Notes under the pieces: generated by a model
Told to the model about the DNA's origin: nothing
The model's input: only the letters and a program-made list of their open reading frames with translations
The model's database searches: none
Shown: one piece after another, positions 28,711 through 37,547 of the stretch
How positions within the stretch are numbered: position 1 is the stretch's first letter
Layout: each line of letters opens with the position of its first letter
Source: Candidatus Hydrogenedentota bacterium
GTDB taxonomy: Bacteria; Hydrogenedentota; Hydrogenedentia; Hydrogenedentales; JAEUWI01
Assembly: GCA_034669905.1 (NCBI GenBank)
Contig: JAXMOL010000020.1
Span: 69,147-133,146 of the forward strand
Length of the DNA: 64,000 bases
Direction: 5' to 3'
Position numbers and translations under genes: made by a program

Positions 28711-30377
28711 TAGAAACTCCTCCGATCGACATAGCGGGCTGCGAAGACGTCACTTCCCTCATCAAACACGGCTTCAAAGCGGGTCAACGCAATGAGGAAC
28801 CCGAAGAAGGCGCCGGCAATCCCTATCAGCGACTGCCCCGCTAGAAGCATAAGATAGTGTATCCCTGCCAACGCTTTCCAGTCACTCGTATCGAAGAGGC
28901 CGCCCCGTAGCAACTCCAGGCCGCCAATCGCCAGTCCGCCAGATACCAGGGTGATGGCCATATCCGCCGCGCTGGGTGCCCGAAAGCGAACGAAGGTGAA
29001 GGACACGATGATGGCGACGCCCAGCTTCAGGGGAAGAAGGGCCAGTTGGTAGACGAGCCACAGGCGCGGTGGTGTGGCGGGGTGACCACCGGTCAAGGCA
29101 CTGGGCTCCATGAGTGCCAGGGGGAGCAGTCCGCCCAGGAGCACCCCGGCCAAAAGGGGCGCCAGGGTACGTGCCACGGCCAGCGCCTTTCCCACGAGCA
29201 CTTCCCGGGAGCTTGTGCGTGTTACCCGTAGCATGAGGAGCGAGGCAGGATTCATTTCCTTGCGACACCGCTCCAGGACCAGAAGGGGTGTCAGGAGTGC
29301 CATCAGCGTCGTGGCACCATGGGCCGTGTGCAGGGTTAATGCGGTAACCCGTGCAGACCAGAAAGTAAATAACACGGCCCCCACCAGCCCCACCAGAAAG
29401 GCCGCTACGCTCCAGGAACGTCGGGTAAGCTCCGACGTCTGACAGTCCTTGTGGTAGAGGGCATTGCTCCAGTCGGGAATGGGCCCCGCAGGAGTCCGTG
29501 GCCCACGTTGGGCAAGCCTGTACGCACGTCCCATCGTGGGGAGACGTACCCGTTTCCAAAGGGCGGAGACCAGCCACCAGAAGACAATGGCGCTCAGAAG
29601 GCAAAGGGCCTGGTGGGCCAGAAACTGAAGGCAGGCGGTCCAACCTGCGAGGCTTTGCAGTAAATCCCGCAGGAGCGCGAGGGGATTGACATACCAGTGC
29701 GTTTCGAGAAATCCTGAGACGGGGCGTGCGGGATTCAACTGCCCCGTGCCCCAGATGGGAATGGTGTAGACGAAGAAGAGGGTGGTGTAGGTGGCAAAAA
29801 GGGCGCGATTGGGGTGGCGATTCATCACGGAGAAGGACACCCCGAGGATGCTGTGACAAAGCGCGGTGCCGTAGAGCATGAAGGTGATTTGAAAGAAACT
29901 CATGATCTCGATGCCGGCGAAAAAATACGTAAAGACCGAGAGGGGTAAGAGGGCGATGTGGAAGACCGCGAAAAGGGACAACATACCGAGGAGTTTCCCC
30001 ACGATAAGAGACAGGGGCTCTTCCAGGGCCATGGCCAGCAGGTCCTCCGTTTCCTGATGGCGCTCCGAAGAGATTGCCACGGCGCTCAGGGCGGGGACGA
30101 CGAAAAACAGGATGAGGAGGACGGCACTGACTTGGAGGCCCACCACATTTGTGACGGCTAGCTGGGGGCGAATCAGGCCCGTTGTCACCTGTACGAAGTT
30201 GGCCGCAATAGCCAATAGCAAAACGAGGGCGATGCCCATCAGCATGAGGGCAAAGCGGCGGTAGCGCAGGGCAACGAGGAGCTCCCGGCAAAAGACCGCC
30301 GAAACCGGCCCTGTGGCCCAATCGAAGACACTGAAGGCATCGAGGCGCCTGCGCATCGCGTCATACAGTGCCCTCAT
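28710..30377 (-). CDS. ABC-2-type transporter permease, double-length (paralogue 3)
   Basis: FCRELLVALR, ISSERHQETEDLL, IVGKLLG; second half RKEMNPASLLMLRVT...VLVGKA; ATGA overlap gives start 30377. Confidence 0.83.
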   Translation of the reverse strand: MRALYDAMRRRLDAFSVFDWATGPVSAVFCRELLVALRYRRFALMLMGIALVLLLAIAANFVQVTTGLIRPQLAVTNVVGLQVSAVLLILFFVVPALSAVAISSERHQETEDLLAMALEEPLSLIVGKLLGMLSLFAVFHIALLPLSVFTYFFAGIEIMSFFQITFMLYGTALCHSILGVSFSVMNRHPNRALFATYTTLFFVYTIPIWGTGQLNPARPVSGFLETHWYVNPLALLRDLLQSLAGWTACLQFLAHQALCLLSAIVFWWLVSALWKRVRLPTMGRAYRLAQRGPRTPAGPIPDWSNALYHKDCQTSELTRRSWSVAAFLVGLVGAVLFTFWSARVTALTLHTAHGATTLMALLTPLLVLERCRKEMNPASLLMLRVTRTSSREVLVGKALAVARTLAPLLAGVLLGGLLPLALMEPSALTGGHPATPPRLWLVYQLALLPLKLGVAIIVSFTFVRFRAPSAADMAITLVSGGLAIGGLELLRGGLFDTSDWKALAGIHYLMLLAGQSLIGIAGAFFGFLIALTRFEAVFDEGSDVFAARYVDRRSF

Positions 30378-32110
30378 ACCCGGTCCGTGTCCAGGAGAGA
30401 AGTGAATCGGCGGTGAGTCCACCAGAGGAGTCCCGCAGAGATTCCGCCGAAGACCAGCAGATTTGCCGTTCCATAGCCCAGGAGAAGCAGGACGGATTGT
30501 CGACCGACGGAATCAATGATGCCATAGAAGGTGTAGAGGGGGGATGCGAAGTACAGGAGTAACCTTTCCTGGCGACTGAAAGAAAAATCTCCCGCAATAA
30601 CCGACCAGCAGAGCATCAACCATTGAGGCGCAATAGCCAGCGATACGATGGCCGCCGCATAGCCCGCAAGGAGGCCGCTTAAGCTGTTCCGGCACTGTGC
30701 CGCGGCCCAAAAGGTGACGGCCAGGGTGTAGGTAATGCAGAGTACCATGAACGTGAGACCGACCACGGCACCCACCCAGAAGTACAGCGAGTCATAGGCC
30801 AGAATCAGCAGCCCGAAGTTGCCCAGGACCGCACCGCAGGTCAGCAGGGAAGTCGTTCGTAATGCCGCCTTGAATTTTCCCGTGGTGATCGTCCGTGGCG
30901 AAAGCAGGGTGCAGCGCAGGCTGTCGATATTGTTCCACTCCCATTCTTTTGGCAGGGAGGTGGCCACGAGGGCGGGCGTTACAACGAGGATCAGCAAGGT
31001 CTCCAGGAAGAGCGACCAGACTACCATCTCCCCTGCATGGCGATTATAGGAGAAGGAGGGAATGCTGGTTAGGGAAATGAAGAAACTGAATATCGTAAAG
31101 CCGTAGGTGAGCCGCACGGCCAGGCCCCCCTTAGACAGAATGCCGGTTTGCAGTTCCTTGGAAAGCACGGGGTTTTGCCCGTCGGGTATCAGGGGACGGC
31201 GACGCCGAGGGTCGAGGAGGTAGTAGGGGAATTGTCTTCGACGCGCGGCGAGTTGGGCCTGGTTGTCAATGGGCTTCTCCTGGTTGACCTTCATGGGGCG
31301 GGCAGGCCGTCTCAGGATCAGGGTGGTAAGCCCGAGTCCGATGGCTACGATAGCGCCATGATAGAGCAGCGCATAGACGATGGTGTCGAGGCCAGCGAAG
31401 CTATCACTCGCCATGCGCAGCCCGAAAAAGGGAACCATCGCGTAAAAGATCTCGATTTCAAGATTGATCAGGATACGGGAGATGGTGGGATTGCGCAAGA
31501 CCACATCACCGAATATAACCACCATGACGATGAGGCCGCCATGGAAACAAAAACCAACCACGTAGGTGCAAATGATCGCGGGCAAGGTGCGGTAACACCA
31601 CGCCGAAGCCACGAGCCCGGTGACGGCCAGCGACGTGGACGAAAGCAGAATCAGCGCGAAGGAGATGGCGAACTGTTGCCAGTCGATTCCGACGAGGAAG
31701 AAAAAGACGCCGACGAAGGGAAGGCTTGCGATGACCACCAGCAGATAGATGCCCAACACATTGCTGAGTTTGGCCAGGGCCAATTGGAGCGGACGGATGT
31801 AGGACATGAGCAGGAGGTCGTAGCTGTCCTGTTGTTTTTCCACACAAATGGATACACCCGCCATGGGGGGAATCAGCAAAACGGCGCTGAGATAGAGTCC
31901 CATGGAAAAGGCCATGAACAGTTGACTGACCAGCGAAGCGGGCGGCGTGCCCACGCGACTAAGCTCCTGTTTGAACGCCACTTCCACCATGAAGAGCAGG
32001 CCCAGAATCATAAGAATCATAAACAGCCCGAGAAAGAAAAAGGGCCGCGGGTTGCGGAGGCCCGAGAGCAATTCGCGCTTCATCACCGCACGTGCGGGAA
32101 GGGAAATCAT
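30374..32110 (-). CDS. ABC-2-type transporter permease, double-length (paralogue 2)
   Basis: VMKRELLSGLR, ICVEKQQDSYDLLLMS, LAKL; second half PKEWEWNNIDSLRCTLL...GKF; ATGA overlap gives start 32110. Confidence 0.87.
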   Translation of the reverse strand: MISLPARAVMKRELLSGLRNPRPFFFLGLFMILMILGLLFMVEVAFKQELSRVGTPPASLVSQLFMAFSMGLYLSAVLLIPPMAGVSICVEKQQDSYDLLLMSYIRPLQLALAKLSNVLGIYLLVVIASLPFVGVFFFLVGIDWQQFAISFALILLSSTSLAVTGLVASAWCYRTLPAIICTYVVGFCFHGGLIVMVVIFGDVVLRNPTISRILINLEIEIFYAMVPFFGLRMASDSFAGLDTIVYALLYHGAIVAIGLGLTTLILRRPARPMKVNQEKPIDNQAQLAARRRQFPYYLLDPRRRRPLIPDGQNPVLSKELQTGILSKGGLAVRLTYGFTIFSFFISLTSIPSFSYNRHAGEMVVWSLFLETLLILVVTPALVATSLPKEWEWNNIDSLRCTLLSPRTITTGKFKAALRTTSLLTCGAVLGNFGLLILAYDSLYFWVGAVVGLTFMVLCITYTLAVTFWAAAQCRNSLSGLLAGYAAAIVSLAIAPQWLMLCWSVIAGDFSFSRQERLLLYFASPLYTFYGIIDSVGRQSVLLLLGYGTANLLVFGGISAGLLWWTHRRFTSLLDTDRV

Positions 32111-33843
32111 TCGAGTGACTCTCCGGCCACCATCGACCTTGGGGGGGCGGCATGTTGGGGCTCGCGTGCGTACCAGAGTTTGGCGTATTGTTGCTGTGCG
32201 AGTTTCAACAAGAAGAGGGATAGGGCAGTAAACACGATGGCGGAAATGGGTGCGACACCCGCCCCAAAGTGCGGGGAGTCGTCCAAGGCGTCGGAAGCCA
32301 TCGGTAGAGCCGGAGATAAGAAAAGCCATGCGACATCGGGAGAATCGTTGGTTGCGATGCTATAGAATGCCATGAGGAGCACCGGAAAAATTACCAACAG
32401 CAGAATGCTCATCGCATAGGTTGCCATGAGGGCGGGTAAACTCCGTTCGAAGCGTGTGGCGGTAAGAATTGCCAAGGCGCAAAGATACACGAGGTTGGTA
32501 AAGCACAAGACTAAAGAGGATGCGAGGGTGCCGAAGGCGGAAGGGAAGCGGATGATGCTATCTATAAAGGGCAGGGTGCCTATCAACAGGGCCAGGGTCG
32601 GCAAGGCGAGGGACTGGAGGGCCCCCCTAAACTTACCCCAAACCACATCGCGGGGTGTGAGCAGGGTCATGCGCAGCGAATCCCAGTTGCCCCATTCGTG
32701 CTCTTTGCTGAAGGTGGTGGCCATGAAGGTCGGTGCGAGGGCCAACAGCAGCACGGTCTCCACAAACACGAAGAGGCGTATCGTACGCTCCGCATCCCGC
32801 TCCGTTCCCGTGAGGGCCGTGCCGAAGGCGCCCAGGATGACCGATAGGATGGCCACGGAATAGAGTATCCGTATGCTGGTCGTGCCGCGGTTGGCCAGGC
32901 TGCTGTACCGCTCTTTCGCGAGCACGGGGTCCTGGTGGTCGCCGATGAGGGGACGGCGACGTCGCGGGTCGATGAGGTAATAGGGGAATTGCTTGCGCCG
33001 CGCTTCCAGCAGGGCCGGGTCCTCGATGGTCTTTTCCTGATTGACCTTCATGGGCTTGGTGGGGCGGTTGAGTACGCGGTGGGCCAGGAAGGCACACCCC
33101 AAAGTAATCCCGCCGAAGTAGAGCAGGAGGGCACCGGGAAAGAGGTAGCCATCGATAAAGCCACTCCCGGCGATTCGTCCTATCGCCCAGGCGGGGGACA
33201 GGGCGATCCAGAGACCATCATATTCCCGTCCTCTGCCAAACATCTGAACGCCCCACCAGGTCAGGCCGCCGGGAAGCCATTGTGCCAGAAACACGAGGAC
33301 AAAGGTGGTGACAGCCGATGGGATGGTGCGGTAGAAAAAGCTCGAGCAGAACAGCCCAATGAGGGTATTGGCCAAGGCGACCAGCGAGATGAGCGTGAGC
33401 ATTTGCCCATATTGCATCCAATCCACGCCCGTAAAATAGAAGAGCAGGGAGGCCACAGGGAAGGTGGCGATGGCAAAGAAAAAGTAGAGCCCCAGAATAT
33501 TGACGGCTTTGGCGAAGAGAAAGACCGGTGGGCTGATGTAGGTCATGCGCAGGAGGTCGAGCTGTTCCTGTTGCTTTTCCGAACAGATCGCATTCGAGGC
33601 GATAACCGGTAACAGAAGGGCCGCGATTCCATACAGGGCATAGGCGTAGACCAGAAAGAGGCCCGTGCTGAGTTCGCGCATGGCGCGGGCATCGTCCAGA
33701 TGGAGCGTCGGGTTCTGTATGAAGTAGCCCGTCAACAGGGATAGTAAGACAAAGAGCAAGGCCGCCACGGCACGGAAATAGCGTGGGTTCCGAAGGGTGG
33801 AAAGGAGCTCCCGTTTGATGATAGCGACCGCCGGAGTCAACAT
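32107..33843 (-). CDS. ABC-2-type transporter permease, double-length (paralogue 1)
   Basis: IIKRELLSTLR, ICSEKQQEQLDLLRMT; second half SKEHEWGNWDSLRMTLL...VWGKF. Confidence 0.87.
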   Translation of the reverse strand: MLTPAVAIIKRELLSTLRNPRYFRAVAALLFVLLSLLTGYFIQNPTLHLDDARAMRELSTGLFLVYAYALYGIAALLLPVIASNAICSEKQQEQLDLLRMTYISPPVFLFAKAVNILGLYFFFAIATFPVASLLFYFTGVDWMQYGQMLTLISLVALANTLIGLFCSSFFYRTIPSAVTTFVLVFLAQWLPGGLTWWGVQMFGRGREYDGLWIALSPAWAIGRIAGSGFIDGYLFPGALLLYFGGITLGCAFLAHRVLNRPTKPMKVNQEKTIEDPALLEARRKQFPYYLIDPRRRRPLIGDHQDPVLAKERYSSLANRGTTSIRILYSVAILSVILGAFGTALTGTERDAERTIRLFVFVETVLLLALAPTFMATTFSKEHEWGNWDSLRMTLLTPRDVVWGKFRGALQSLALPTLALLIGTLPFIDSIIRFPSAFGTLASSLVLCFTNLVYLCALAILTATRFERSLPALMATYAMSILLLVIFPVLLMAFYSIATNDSPDVAWLFLSPALPMASDALDDSPHFGAGVAPISAIVFTALSLFLLKLAQQQYAKLWYAREPQHAAPPRSMVAGESLE

Positions 33844-33852
33844 GATGATCGC

Positions 33853-34782
33853 CTATACGCCGCCTTTGGTCACATGGAGAAACACATCTTCGAGGGTGCC
33901 TTCCTCTTCGCCGAATGATAGAACCCGCACGCCATTCTGAACGAGCTTCACGAGGATGCCCGAGAGGTCTTCGTTGCTGATGGCGGTTTCGAGGTGAAAC
34001 TCATTGCCGGAACGCTCCACATTCTCCACGCCCGGCTGCTCGGCAAGGATATCCGCCGCCTTGTCGGCGCCATCAAGGACTTCCAGGCGAATCTCCTTAC
34101 TCTGCCGCATGTTCTTAAGAATTTCCCGGTGGTTGCCAAAAGCCAGCAGCTCGCCCCGTTCGATAATCCCGATTTTGGTGCACATATCGCCCAGTTCAGA
34201 GAGGATGTGAGAGCTGATGAGGATGGTCTTGCCCATTTCCTGGAGGGCCTTGAGCAGCTCTTTGATCTCAATGCGCGCCCGAGGGTCCAGGCCACTGGCG
34301 GGCTCATCGAGGAGCAGTACCTGCGGGTCGTGAATGAGGGTCTTCGCCAGACAGCACCGTTGCTTCATGCCCCGGGAAAAGGCACTCACGTAATCGTCCG
34401 CCCGACTGGTCATATCGGTCAGGGTCAAAACATCGTCGATGATGGCCTTTCGTTTCTTGGTGGGAATCTTATAGGCCGCACCAAAGAAGTCCAGATACTC
34501 CCGGAGCCGCATTCCATCGTAGACGCCGAAAGAATCGGGCATGTAGCCGATGATCTTCTTAATCTCATAGGGGTTGCGCATCACGTCCACCCCGTCGATG
34601 AGGGCCTTCCCCATGGTGGGTTGGAGCAGGGTCGAAAGGATGCGAATGGTCGTGGTCTTCCCCGCGCCATTGGGGCCGATGAAACCGAAAATATCGCCTT
34701 TTTCGATGCTGAGGTTGAGTCCCTTCAGGGCCTCAAATTTGTTGTAATTCTTGGTCAGATTGATCGTTTCTATCATGGCCAT
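33853..34782 (-). CDS. ABC transporter ATP-binding protein (ABC-2/DrrA-like)
   Basis: Walker A GPNGAGKT, signature FSRGMKQR, Walker B LLLDEP, ISSH, C-terminal TLEDVFL. Confidence 0.96.
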   Translation of the reverse strand: MAMIETINLTKNYNKFEALKGLNLSIEKGDIFGFIGPNGAGKTTTIRILSTLLQPTMGKALIDGVDVMRNPYEIKKIIGYMPDSFGVYDGMRLREYLDFFGAAYKIPTKKRKAIIDDVLTLTDMTSRADDYVSAFSRGMKQRCCLAKTLIHDPQVLLLDEPASGLDPRARIEIKELLKALQEMGKTILISSHILSELGDMCTKIGIIERGELLAFGNHREILKNMRQSKEIRLEVLDGADKAADILAEQPGVENVERSGNEFHLETAISNEDLSGILVKLVQNGVRVLSFGEEEGTLEDVFLHVTKGGV

Positions 34783-34787
34783 GAAAT

Positions 34788-37547
34788 TCAGTCTCCCATG
34801 CTATCAGGCGTCGTCTTTATAAGCTGCGCCCGGATGTGGGCGTGGAAATGGCGTTGTCCCCGGCCGCGCGTGTAGTTCTGATTCACCAACTCGTACACCG
34901 GTCGACCATTGTCGGTACGGCAGTGGGCCCCAAACGATACGGTGGTGGACCGGGGTTCCAAGAGTCGCCTCCAATCCGTCACGCGATACGTGGTTTGTTT
35001 AAGCGTGTCGTAGGGGCCGAGATCAAAGGTGCGCGTCGCAGGTTCGCTCCCCAGGAGCGGCGTTTCTTTCCCGTCCGAGACAGTGACGAGCGGCACGTTG
35101 AATCCACTCTGATAGGTGAGATCGCGTTCGGGCTTACACTGCCCCGCTCCGTGAAGGCCCTCATAGAGACGGGGTTCTGTAGTCACCGTGATTTCCAGTT
35201 GAAAATCCCTTCGGCCCCGAACCCAGTCGGGCAGCGCAAGCCGATATGCCAACTCGTCCTCCGGACGGACGGCCAAGGACACATGTCTCCAGTCGTGGCC
35301 GTCGGCGGCAAACGGGCGCGTCGCGATGCGTCGTGCCGGCGGTGCAGAAGTAGTGCCCATCGCATACCCATTCCCGAATGCGTCGCTGCCGTAAGTGTCT
35401 ACGGCATAGAGCGGCAAATCAATCGGGGCACCGTTAAACTGCCGCGTGTCTTCAATCGTGAGCCAGGCAATGAGCAGCGTCGCACCGAGTTGGAGTTTTG
35501 CGTTGCGGCCCATGTCCACCGTGCCAATGGGTGGCCCATCGATCCATGCCACGAGGCAGGGCGGGGTGTTTCGCCCCGAGAAATTCAGGGCCATGGCCGG
35601 AAGGGCGGAGAGGAAGTTTCTGAATTCCGCTGCCATTCCCGGTTCGTCTTGACCGGCGACAATGGTGACGTTTCCGGGGGCGAGTTGGGTGAGGCCGTAG
35701 ACGCCCTGGTGGAGGGAGCGGGCCGACTCTTCTCCGGTCGACTGGATTCGGTAAATGTCACCGTCTTTCTCCAGGGAGACGATCGCCCCATCGCGCAGAA
35801 TGATCGCGTTTGCCAGTGGAATGCCGGTCTTATTGTGGATGGTGCCATCGAGTCCCGCCTCGGAGGCTTGCAGGCGCACCTCCAGGGGACCATCGAGGGT
35901 GATAGGGGTTTCCGTCTGGAAAAAGCGCATTTCGCTGGCGCCCACGGTCAGGTTGGTAACTTGCCCGGGATCGCTCTGTATGAACTGAAAGGGCCCCTGT
36001 CCCTGTGACCCGAAAAATCCCGCTGTTTGCATGTCCATGCTCATGCGGTTGCTGGCGATATCGGAAACGAGGGTGCCGGGGTAGATTAAATTCGCGTCGA
36101 ACTGACCACTCCCCTTCGCCAGGAGTCCAGTAATACCGTGGAGGGTCGCCCCCGCGTTGTTGCTGGCAACTTCGAGTATTTCCAATTGTTCCAGTTGCGT
36201 GCTGCGGGCCCGGCCCTGGGTGCCGAAAATCATGGCATAACTGGTAAAGGCGATGGAGAAAAACACCAGGCAAACCCACGCCATTTCCCGTCGCTGCATC
36301 CGATTCCAGAAGAGCCAATTGGCCACAATGGCAATGAAGAAATAAAGGAGTAAGTAGGTGATGACCGATGAAACCGGGAAGAGGCGTACGCCCGCGATTC
36401 GGGGTAACTGTTGGGTGGCCGCTTCGACGATGGCCCCGAGGTTGAGCGGTCGGTCGACGATACTCTGAAGCAACAGGTCATTCCAAAATTTCAGGTAAGC
36501 CGGTTCGTGTTGCAAAAGGCCACTCACCGCGTCGGTGCTGAAGGTGACGACTCGGCCGTTTCCAACCGGGTGAATGCTCCCGGCCAGGTAGGAGTCACCC
36601 AGGGGGCGCACGCCGTCGGCTGCGGGCATCAGGGTAGTGACCATCCCTTCGCGATTCTCGGTCACATGTTCAAGGTCACCCGCTGATGCCCAGATGGCAC
36701 GGGCGAGCGCGGGCTCGGAGAGGAACTGGTTGGCACCGATGGAAACCCCCAGCAGGGGCTCTACCCAGGTGCCGATATAGCGGTCCGCATTCGCGCCAAG
36801 ATTCACCGCAAGGGTGCCCCCGAGCATGACGTATTCCAGGAAAAGGGCGCGCTGCGCCATGCCAATGCGCTCGGGATCTATATCTCCCAGAACGATCAGG
36901 TCAAAGGCGGTGTAGCAGGGGAGCCGGTCTGCCAGGGAGGCCAACTGATCGCTGGCCAGACCTTCCCGGTGGAAGCGGCGCTCGGATTGTCCGATCACCT
37001 GACGATCACTGAGAAAGCCGTAATCGTGATAGGCATCGTCGAGAATGAGCCCGAGGTAGTCGCTGCGGTCAATCGGCGTCAGCTGGAGCCACGTGGGCAC
37101 GGGGCTGACCGCCCGCCGGCCATGAAACAAGCGGGCCTCGATACGGTCGACCCGGTCGAGTCGGCAATAGACACGGAAGCGTTTTTGTGAACCTCGGGGA
37201 GACTCGGCGGGCACACGATAAATGGGGCTCTGCAGGTTGCCATTGAAGTCATAGGTTCGGATTTCCACGGAGCCCGACACATCCCGCTCGCTGTTGTGCA
37301 CCATCACATCCACCGGTACCCAACTGGCATCCCGATAGGCAACACCGTAATTCACGTTCATATTCAGAATTATCGATTCCTCGTCGGCCTTGGCGCTCAG
37401 TCCTGAAAGGAATGCGATAGCCAACAGCGCGAGCAGCAGACACCGAGACGTTGTGCACTGCCTGCAGGGAGGCAATGTCAGCCCTTCGGGCGGTGACGCA
37501 TACACGGGGGTCGAGGAGGGGCCTTTGCCCCGGAGTCGCAGGTTCAT
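34788..37547 (-). CDS. Large membrane protein with GATase-like extracytoplasmic domain
   Basis: Signal-like N-terminus; SWVPVDV; FDLIVLGD...EYVMLGGTL...GNGRVV (class I GATase-like fold motifs); two central TM helices; TGATG overlap with the upstream gene. Confidence 0.75.
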   Translation of the reverse strand: MNLRLRGKGPSSTPVYASPPEGLTLPPCRQCTTSRCLLLALLAIAFLSGLSAKADEESIILNMNVNYGVAYRDASWVPVDVMVHNSERDVSGSVEIRTYDFNGNLQSPIYRVPAESPRGSQKRFRVYCRLDRVDRIEARLFHGRRAVSPVPTWLQLTPIDRSDYLGLILDDAYHDYGFLSDRQVIGQSERRFHREGLASDQLASLADRLPCYTAFDLIVLGDIDPERIGMAQRALFLEYVMLGGTLAVNLGANADRYIGTWVEPLLGVSIGANQFLSEPALARAIWASAGDLEHVTENREGMVTTLMPAADGVRPLGDSYLAGSIHPVGNGRVVTFSTDAVSGLLQHEPAYLKFWNDLLLQSIVDRPLNLGAIVEAATQQLPRIAGVRLFPVSSVITYLLLYFFIAIVANWLFWNRMQRREMAWVCLVFFSIAFTSYAMIFGTQGRARSTQLEQLEILEVASNNAGATLHGITGLLAKGSGQFDANLIYPGTLVSDIASNRMSMDMQTAGFFGSQGQGPFQFIQSDPGQVTNLTVGASEMRFFQTETPITLDGPLEVRLQASEAGLDGTIHNKTGIPLANAIILRDGAIVSLEKDGDIYRIQSTGEESARSLHQGVYGLTQLAPGNVTIVAGQDEPGMAAEFRNFLSALPAMALNFSGRNTPPCLVAWIDGPPIGTVDMGRNAKLQLGATLLIAWLTIEDTRQFNGAPIDLPLYAVDTYGSDAFGNGYAMGTTSAPPARRIATRPFAADGHDWRHVSLAVRPEDELAYRLALPDWVRGRRDFQLEITVTTEPRLYEGLHGAGQCKPERDLTYQSGFNVPLVTVSDGKETPLLGSEPATRTFDLGPYDTLKQTTYRVTDWRRLLEPRSTTVSFGAHCRTDNGRPVYELVNQNYTRGRGQRHFHAHIRAQLIKTTPDSMGD

